From Azolla caroliniana (Eukaryota > Plantae > Polypodiophyta), in contig JBHGNT010000442.1 in NCBI GenBank assembly GCA_043228905.1, forward strand, positions 1 to 25,199: a stretch of DNA of 25,199 nucleotides, written 5' to 3'. The position numbers and the translations under genes are program-made. Below, in pieces: positions 1 through 8,259 of this stretch (position 1 is its first letter; each line of letters opens with the position of its first letter). Under the pieces are notes generated by a model. It did not search any database and was not told where the DNA came from. It was given only the letters and a program-made list of their open reading frames with translations.

Positions 1-3000
1 CTGTTCCAAAAGAATAGGGTGCAGCTGATCTGAAGGAGATGTGATAGCAGGACTCTTACTTTCAGCCACATTGGCAGTAGTATCCTCATCTGTTGCAGCA
101 TCATCAGCACCAGACACATCATGTGCCGTCCTTAATCCACAAGATTCTACAATAACATGACAGTTATTTAGGATAGCTAATTAGCTACTTTACTAAACTA
201 TGGTAGAAGCTAGGATAGCTAATTAGCTAGTACGATAGCTAATTAGCTAGTATGATAGCTAATTAGGTACTTTACTCAACTATGGTAGTAGTTAGGATAG
301 CTTATTAGCTACTAGGACAGCTAATTAGCTGCCAGTAGCTAATTAGCTACTAGGATAGCTAATTAGCTGCCAGTAGCTAATTAGCTACTAGGATACATAA
401 TTAGCTGCCAGTAGCTAATTAGCTACTAGGATAGCTTATTAGCTACTTTACACAACTATGGCAGTAGCTACTAGGATAGCTAATTCGCTAGTAGGATAGC
501 TAATTAGTTGCCATCAGCTAATTAGCTACTAGGATAGCTAATTAGCTGCCAGTAGCTAATTAGCTACTAGGATACATAATTAGCTGCCAGTAGCTAATTA
601 GCTACTAGGATAGCTTATTAGCTACTTTACACAACTATGGCAGTAGCTACTAGGATAGCTAATTCGCTAGTAGGATAGCTAATTAGTTGCCAGCAGCTAA
701 TTAGCTACTAGGATAGCTAATTAGCTACTAGGATAGCTAATTAGTTGCCAGTAGCTAATTAGCTAGTAGGATAGCTAATTAGGTACGTTACTCAACTATG
801 GTAGTAGCTAATTAGCTAGTAGGATAGCTAATTAGCTACTTTACTCAACTATGGTAGTAGCTAATTAGCTAGTAGGATAGCTAATTAGCTACTAGGATAG
901 CTAATTAGCTGCTAGTAGCTAATTAGCTACTAGGATAGCTTATTAGCTACTTTACACAACTATGGCAGTAGCTAATTAGTTACTAGGATAGCTAATTAGC
1001 TAGTAGGATAGCTTATTAGCTACTTTACACAACTATAGTAGTAGCTAGGATAGCTAATTAGCTACTATGGTAGCTAATTAGCTACTTTACTCAACTATGG
1101 TAGTAGCTAGGATAGCTAATTAGCTACTTTACTAACTATGGTAGTAGCTAGGATAGCTAATTAGCTACTTTATTAACTATGGTGGTAGCTAGGATAGCTA
1201 ATTAGCTACAATGAAAGCTAATTAGCTACTTTCTCAACTATGTAGTAGCTAGGATAGCACTATGGTATTAGCTACTAGGACAGCTAATTAGCTGCCAGTA
1301 GCTAATTAGCTACTAGGATAGCTAATTAGCTACTTTACACAACTATGTCAGTAGCTAATTAGCTACTATGATAGCTAATTAGCTAGTAGGATAGCTAATT
1401 AGTTGCCAGTAGCTAATAGCTAGTAGGATAGCTAATTAGCTTTTTTACACAACTATGGTACTAGCTAATTAGCTAGTACCATAGGTAACTAGCTACTAGG
1501 ATAGCTTATTAGCTACTTTACACAACTATGTCAGTAGCTAATTAGCTACTATGATAGCTAATTAGCTAGTAGGATAGCTAATTAGTTGCCAGTAGCTAAT
1601 TAGCTAGTAGGATAGCTAATTAGCTTTTTTACACAACTATGGTACTAGCTAATTAGCTAGTACCATAGCTAACTAGCTACTAGGATAGCTTATTAGCTAC
1701 TTTACACAACTATGTCAGTAGCTAATTAGCTACTATGATAGCTAATTAGCTAGTAGGATAGCTAATTAGCTAGTAGGATAGCTAATTAGTTGCCAGTAGC
1801 TAATTAGCTAGTAGGATAGCTAATTAGCTTTTTTACACAACTATGGTACTAGCTAATTAGCTAGTACCATAGCTAACTAGCTACTAGGATAGGTTATTAG
1901 CTACTTTACACAACTATGTCAGTAGCTAATTAGCTACTATGGTAGCTAATTAGCTAGTAGGATAGCTAATTAGCTACTATGGTAGCTAATTAGCTAGTAG
2001 GATAGCTAATTAGCTAGTAGGATAGCTAATTAGTTGCCAGTAGCTAATTAGCTAGTAGGATAGCTAATTAGCTTTTTTACACAACTATGGTACTAGCTAA
2101 TTAGCTAGTACCATAGCTAACTAGCTACTAGGATAGCTTATTAGCTACTTTACACAACTATGGCAGTAGCTAATTAGTTACTAGGATAGCTAATTAGTTG
2201 CCAGTGGCTAATTAGCTAGTAGGATAGCTATTTAGCTTTTTTACACAACTATGGTACTAGCTAATTAGCTAGTACCATAGCTAATTAGCTACTAGGATAG
2301 CTAATTAGCTAGTAGCTCATTAGCTGCCAGTAGCTAATTAGCTAGTAGGATAGCTAATTAGAAAAGACTAAGCTTATTAGCTACAGTATGGTATACCTGT
2401 TTGTTTTCTCCACTCATTTGGTAGAGTTGTACTGCAATCTCCCAAACAGAATGCAGCAATTCGACAGGCATGTTGAAAACAAAGCAGATGGTATGTGTGG
2501 TTGCATGGTTGTAGGTGAACCAACAAAGACGCAGTTTTGTCCTCCACACCTAATCCGCAAGCGATGCAACGTGCTTGAACTGTCAATAAATCATTTTCTG
2601 GTTCTACTTCATTTGGTAAGGGAGCAAGAATGTTCAGGTCCAAATCCTGTCTGGTCCTTACCATTCCCTCCACAAAATGTAGCTTCTTCTTAAGGCAGCT
2701 AACTACCTGTTCTTGATGAATGTATTGTTCCTTCAACGCAACAGAGAAATTTACCGATTAATTATTCTTGTTGTTGAAAGATACACCAACTTTGCTCAGG
2801 AATCGTTAACTTACTTGAAGCTTATCCAAATTGTAATCTGCAACAGTATTTACACCTAGAAGGTCCAGGTTCATTGAAAGAACCTGGATCTCTATTTGCA
2901 GTTCTATTTTACGCTGGGGATCCAGTGGCCCCTCTAATTCAAGCTCCTGTTGCGCAACCTATTCCAGATAATGCTTGATTAGCACATTTTACCCGTTATT

Positions 3001-4251
3001 TATAACACAATCACATACCAGCAAAACAATAGTTACCTGAATCTTATTTCTAATTGTTGTAACAGCAGAAGTAACTTTGCTCTCCATTGCAGAAGCCATT
3101 GTGGCTTTCTCTAAATCAGTCTTAAAAAATGCCAATGTCTCACAGGCTTCATGGACATTTTTTAGCATATAGCTAACCAATGTCTCACCTGTATCATCGA
3201 CATTGGCTTTCCTTGGGTGTCGGTGTGGTGTATGCCCCCGGTCTTGCTGGGAGTCGGCAGTTGCATCAACAGCTGCCATGCTCCAAAATCTGTCTATTTT
3301 TTGTGCCAAGGTCCCCATCTTTCGGCATCTTTTTACCGATGCCTCACCATAGACTGCCCAAGCTACCCTATACATTTCAGGGTCTCTAGATTCCTTCGCT
3401 GTTTTGCAGTACTCATATGCAAATGCTCTAGCAAATGAAACTGACAACTCATTGTTGACTGGGATCTCCTGATGAACTTTCTGGTGCAGTCTCATGCAGT
3501 CATCGTACAAGTCGGCTCGTACATGCTTCAGCTTGACCTTGCCTTTGACTCTAGGCACTGTATATACTGTCATCCAGTCTATATCACTGATCAATTTATC
3601 ACTTAGGACAGCAGGGTCAACACCCTCGAGTGACAGACCATAGGTGTTGTGGAAGTCCTCCTTTGTCTCGCAAAATTTTGCGAAGTTTAGCACTCTCGTA
3701 TACGGAGGAACGAGCCATCTGAAATATCATTTCAGAAATCAGAAATAGTGCAAAATCAGAATATGTGAGAATCAAAAACCCCAATCAACAACAACAAAAA
3801 TGGTGCAAAATCTTTAACTTAACCTAATCAAAATCTGTAATCAGAAGTTTGAAATCAGAAACCCTAATCAAAATCTGTAATCCGAAGTTTGTAACCAGAA
3901 ACCTTATTCAGAAATTCTAATCAGAAATTTATAATAAAAAACCCTAATCAGAAATTTCAATCAGAAACCCTAATAAAAAATTTCAATCACAAACCCTAAT
4001 CAGAAATCCTAAGCAGAAATTTATAAACAAAAACCCTATTCAGAAATTCTAATTTGTAATCAAAATTTGTAACCAGAAACCCTATTCAAAAATTCTAATC
4101 AGAAATTTATAATCAAAAACCCTAATCAGAAATTTCAATCACAAACCCTAATCAGAAATTTCAATCACAAACCCTAATCACTAAAGACAGGATTAAACAC
4201 AAAAAAAGTAATATAAACACACCTGTTGCTACTCCCCGATTTGCGAGACAT
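1..4251 (-). CDS. Spliced gene, 3' partial (at least 445 codons): unknown N-terminal domain, helical middle region, RING-H2-like zinc finger, acidic tail
   Basis: Exons 4251-4223, 3718-3037, 2958-2815, 2730-2397 and 146-<1 join through four GT..AG introns (phases 2,0,0,1) with no stop: MSRKSGSSNR/WLVPPYTRVLNF...IRNKIQ/VAQQELE...LDKLQ/EQYIHQ...WRKQT/ESCGLRTAHD... The motif CIAC-x17-CNHTYHLLC-x10-CLGDC fits RING-H2 except for a C-x3-C final pair. A probable 5' UTR intron donor (CAG|GTATGT) lies at 4375. Confidence 0.8.
170..2385. repeat. Intronic satellite of the 14-bp palindrome TAGCTAATTAGCTA with a few short spacer types; about 20-bp basic unit and about 180-bp higher-order unit
   Basis: Roughly 90-100 exact or near-exact palindromes (estimated by eye), separated by CTAGGA, GTAGGA, GCCAG or CTTTACACAACTATGG spacers. 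It fills the predicted intron 147-2396. Confidence 0.97.
3820..4180 (+). repeat. Degenerate minisatellite (about 13/26-bp unit) containing 9 perfect telobox AAACCCTA motifs
   Basis: Repeats of AAACCCTAATCAG-AAATTTCAATCAC-like units inside the predicted intron 3719-4222. Confidence 0.9.
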
Positions 4252-4646
4252 CCTTGTATGGGACTCCAAGGACTTCGCCCTATTCGATTTTGGGGAAATA
4301 TGAATCGGCACCAAAGTTCAGACAGTAGTCAAAAAGAAAAAACAAATGTTTGGGGTTTCTGTAACTGAAACATACCTGGACGATGATCGAGCGGGTTCTG
4401 TGTTGTAGCTCTCAATCTGCAATGTCGATTTTTTGCTGTTGCGGGAGCTACGTCTGCGTTCGTGCTCTGAGTACTCCATCTGCGTTCAAAATCAGACTTA
4501 GGCTAAACAGGAAATTGATGACATTGAAGTCGACCTTAGATGATGGTGATATTCCCCAAGTTCCACTACGTCTGAAACAGAAGTTCAAATATTTGAGTTT
4601 TTTCATAAATTAGTTTTTCAAATATTTGATTTTCCCACAAAAAAGA

Positions 4647-4707
4647 CTAGCTAAACAAATAGCTAATTAGCTATGGCCATTTTAGTAGCTAATTAGCTAT
4701 AATAGTG
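4647..4707 (-). repeat. CACTA terminus with subterminal palindromic repeats
   Basis: Perfect TAGCTAATTAGCTA at 4660-4673 and 4686-4699, a half site near 4648, and TAGTG at 4703-4707. Confidence 0.65.
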
Positions 4708-5427
4708 TTTCCACTCGCATGCTTTTACCCATTAATATTGTCTATATTTTTGGATTTGTGAATTTATGGATGTTGATGAGCACTAAATTTATAGATTTTG
4801 ATGACATTAAGGATTATAGGGTTACCTCTTATATGTAAAACATTTTCACTAAAAATAGATATCACTTGCACTTCTGGAACCTACATCTCCTTAAGATGGT
4901 GAAACCATTAATCTTAATTTGTGCTTCGAGTTAACCATTGTGATTTTCTTTAAGTTAACTACATTTCATATCCGCAGACCATCAACGTTTAAACATTTAT
5001 CGAAAAACTATTCAATTTAAGAAATGATCATTTTGACACTTGTTAAATCTAAAAAAATTAGCAAATTTTATATGCTATTTAAAACATGTGATACTGGTAT
5101 ATCAAGTTTCTAAAAATTGCCTAAAATTGCAAGATTATAAAAGGAATCTACGAATGGAATTCACGATCCTTCCACTTGTGAATGCGAACGTGTTTTACGT
5201 AGATCTAGCCTAAAATTTTTAGAGGCAAGCAAGTTGGTGATCCATACATAATAGTTAGATAGGACAATATTTATTTATTTGGGAAGCGGGTGAGAAATCG
5301 AGGAAATGAGCGAGCTATAGAGTTTATAGTTTGAGAGATTTCCTCTATGGGGGGAGGGGGGGAGTTTCAAAGATGGGTTTTGGATTCTAAAAAGTAGAAT
5401 TTTGTTGTTGGGTGAATCTTTTAAACA

Positions 5428-5495
5428 AAGTTTGAGGCGATATGTTCTATCTAAGGTTATAAGAGAATCTAGGATCTTATGTCATGAGGGGGGAG
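5428..5495 (+). pseudogene. Remnant of a copia RNase H C-terminus followed by a polypurine tract
   Basis: Translates KFEAICSI*GYKRI*, resembling the KFE.LR..LG end of copia pol. It is followed by TGAGGGGGGAG directly abutting an LTR start TGTTAAG. Confidence 0.5.
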
Positions 5496-5578
5496 TGTTA
5501 AGAAACAAGCTCAACGAAAGCAATGTGGTGCTTTTTGGTAACTGAGATATTCCGTATTAGCTATTAGGAAATTAGCTA

Positions 5579-5768
5579 TTGTTAGACATATAGGTAAAAC
5601 AACTATTTAGTTACTCACAACTATTTAGCTAAATATGTAAGTCACTAATATACTTAGGTAAAAAGTGAGAGTGTTGTTAGACATATAGGTAAAACAACTA
5701 TTTAGTTACTCACAGCTATTTCGTTGAATATGTAAGTCACTAATATACTGAGGTAAAAAGTGATAGTG
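5579..5768 (+). repeat. 95-bp tandem duplication within LTR A
   Basis: TTGTTAGACATATAGGTAAAACAAC... starts at 5579 and again at 5674, with a few substitutions. Confidence 0.9.
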
Positions 5769-5849
5769 AGTAGAGAAGTAAAAACACAGATGAGAGAGGT
5801 TTTTCTGTTTAATGAAACTGAAGGTTTTTGGGCTGCTACAGAGGTGAGT

Positions 5850-7280
5850 CTCCTTCCACCAACACTATTTGGTGTATGCATTGATGAATTGGAAGAAATG
5901 GTTATCAAGTTTGCAAAGGAAGAATGTGTTGAAGAAGTTGTCATTGGGAATGTTGTGATTATACTTTTGCTATATGCAAATGATGTAGTGTTGTTTGCAA
6001 ATACTTTAGGAGATGCACAAAAGCTTATGAAGGCATAGGAATTTTTTTGCATGCATACTTAATTAAGTGTCAATAGCTTTAAAACAAAGATTATGCTTGT
6101 GAACAGCCAAAAAAGAGATAAACCATGCATTATGTACAACAATGAGCCACTTGAATGTGTGGAAAGCTTGAAATATCTTGGCCTTGAAGTTCCTTCAAAT
6201 CATAGATGGAATGAATGTGCTACACGCCGCTTAGAGGCGGGCAAACGAGCATACTATGCATTTGAGAACACATGCAATCTTAGAGATATTAAGCGTTGGG
6301 TCCTCAAGAAATATCTTTTCAACACTTTGGTGACACCGGTTCTTCTCTATGGGGTGGAAGTATGGGGCGGTAGCATCCCTAAATCTATGTGGAAAGAGTT
6401 TGAAAATGTCCAAAAACATTTTCTTACAAAGTTTCTACAAGTTAAGAAACAAATGCCCTACACCCTCCTCCTCCTTGACATGGGATCGCTTCCCATTGAG
6501 ATCATGGCCATGGAAAGGGTTGTTGAATACATGCTTAAGGTTCAAAAAAGTCCCTCAGATCGACTTCCTAAAATTGCATGGGAAGCAAGCAAAAAGATCC
6601 AAAAGACGCATAAAAGCAAAATTTTATGTTCCGGTTGGATGCAAGATATAGAAAAATGGTTTGGTAGATGGGATACGAGACACTTGCTTCATGATGCATC
6701 ATTAGATTCCTTTGTAAATGAGGCCTTTTTGCAACGGCAATGTATCATGACATGGGACAAATGTGGAGGCTCACGCTTCACACATTATACTACAGATGTT
6801 GCACCTAACTACAAAACCATATTCTTTGCGGAACGGGGAAATCATACACATCGATACATGTTTAGAGCCCATACCGTTATTTACCATTCGAACCATTGCT
6901 TGCATGCGACTTAGCTCACATGCATTGCGATGTGAGATAGGGCATTGGGGCACAAGTGATTAGAGTGGTCGGCTATGCACACTTTGCCCTAAACAAGTTC
7001 GCTAATTTGAGTATCACACTTTGATATAATGCTCTCTCTGCCTTTGATCATATTTGACCATGCTTTCCACATCTCTTCGATCGAGCCCAATCCTTGCATG
7101 AATTCCTCTCACAACCACAATGTGCACTCTCGATTGCATCATTCATTGGTAAAGTTCTTGGACATCGAGAGTCACTACTCACTTTCACACGTATGACGTG
7201 AAATATAATATTTTTGGTCTCATAGGTCATATTTGACCTCCGAAGACAATAATATAATCTATCTATCTATCTATCTATCT
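5850..7280 (+). mobile_element. 5'-truncated, decayed non-LTR retrotransposon (LINE, RTE/RTEX-like) inserted in LTR A
   Basis: RT motifs PPTLFGVCIDEL, LLLYANDVVL (YADD box), KYLGL and PVLLYGVEVWG. C-terminal RLSSHALRCEIGHW...RLCTLC cysteine region. Stops and frameshifts present; (ATCT)6 tail at 7257-7280. Confidence 0.9.
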
Positions 7281-7353
7281 TTCGAATACTAAACGATCCT
7301 GCACATCACATGTCAGTTGTTGCATTAAGAAGAGCTGTAGCGCCTTCTTAACA

Positions 7354-7365
7354 TGGTATAAGAGC
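7354..7365 (+). promoter_or_regulatory. Primer binding site (initiator tRNA-Met) of copia A
   Basis: TGGTATAAGAGC, one mismatch from the canonical TGGTATCAGAGC. Confidence 0.85.
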
Positions 7366-7692
7366 ATAGTTGCTCATAAAGAAGAATAATACAAATCTGA
7401 GAAAATTTGTCTGTTCGCTGATATGAAACAGAGTTGCTCGTTGAGCTTAATCACGATTCACAGCAAAGCCCTAAAATTGAAAGAGAGATGGCTGTAGAAA
7501 ATGGAAACCAAATACTTACAGAAAAACTTGATAAAACCAATTTCCATGCGTGGAAATTTAGAATGACAAATTTCTTGATGGGAAAAGGGTATTGGGAGTA
7601 CATTGAAGGAGACCTGGAAGAGGCTCTAGAGATCCCTAAAGAAAATGCAACTACGGCATAAATCAAAGAATTTAAAGATTGGAATCAAAGGG

Positions 7693-7975
7693 TGTTGAGA
7701 ATCAAACCAACCTTCTTGTGTGTGGGAACACACTCTAGGATACTCAAGTGTGTGACCATCTCACCTCCTCGTATAGTAACTAGTGTGTCATAGAAGTTAA
7801 TGTTCTATGACACAGATTCTTAAAGTAATTAAGACTCGACCTCTTTCCCAAGAGGCCCCTCTAGTAAAAGAATCTAGAGAGAAGGTGACTACATAAGCAC
7901 CTTCTCCTTTTCTTTGTAACTGTTGGTCATCCTTGTTTCCTTGTAATATAGTTTTCTGTTTTTCTGTAATATTGA

Positions 7976-8031
<56 letters not shown>

Positions 8032-8097
8032 CACACACACACACGCACACACGCACATTTTTGTTCGACTACATAGAACCATCTCCGATTCTTTATA
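7693..8097 (+). mobile_element. Solo LTR B1
   Basis: Starts TGTTGAGAATC and ends GATTCTTTATA (decayed inverted repeat). Flanks AAGGG (7688-7692) and ATGGG (8098-8102) form a 5-bp TSD with one mismatch. Similar to 11614-11842. Strand is tentative. Confidence 0.8.
7979..8057. repeat. Compound microsatellite (CT)25 followed by imperfect (CA)n
   Basis: Directly visible inside solo LTR B1. Confidence 0.97.
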
Positions 8098-8259
8098 ATG
8101 GGCAAGAAAAATGTTGCATTGGCTATCACTTAGCATCTCAGATTTGATGCTTGGACATATACAAGATGCTCTACTTCCAAAGGAAGCTTGAGACAGTTGG
8201 GTGAAACTGTTTACAGTAAATACAAAGGCAAGAAAACTTCAGTTGAAAACGAAACTAAA

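Larger units (their letters stand above)
1..4707 (-). mobile_element. Putative CACTA (En/Spm-type) DNA transposon, one end only; runs off the left edge of the window
   Basis: Read on the minus strand from 4707: CACTATTA-TAGCTAATTAGCTA-CTAAAATGGCCA-TAGCTAATTAGCTA, i.e. a CACTA terminus followed directly by subterminal repeats. A spliced gene starts about 450 bp inside and reads inward. No transposase, second terminus or TSD is visible in the window. Confidence 0.55.
5496..7353 (+). mobile_element. LTR of Ty1/copia element A (about 430 bp once the LINE is removed)
   Basis: 9-bp terminal inverted repeats TGTTAAGAA...TTCTTAACA, followed immediately by a PBS and then a copia gag. Confidence 0.85.

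Noticed and set aside
170-2385. CRISPR-like array (palindromic repeat plus spacers)
   Set aside because: Spacers are only a few recurring short types rather than unique 25-45 bp sequences, there are no cas genes, and the context is a eukaryotic intron.
3820-4180. Telomere or chromosome-end remnant
   Set aside because: There is no contiguous (CCCTAAA)n tract; single motifs are embedded in a longer minisatellite unit.
4781-4860. Further CACTA pentamers on the plus strand
   Set aside because: No subterminal repeats or partner terminus; expected by chance in AT-rich DNA.
5555-5632. TTAGCTA words resembling the satellite
   Set aside because: Only half sites, lying inside copia LTR A; the full 14-bp palindrome is absent.
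5760-5850. N-terminus of the 92-aa ORF
   Set aside because: It is LTR A sequence that happens to be in frame with the truncated LINE RT.
7797-8136. ORFs with (RE)n tracts
   Set aside because: These are translations of the (CT)n/(CA)n microsatellite in solo LTR B1.
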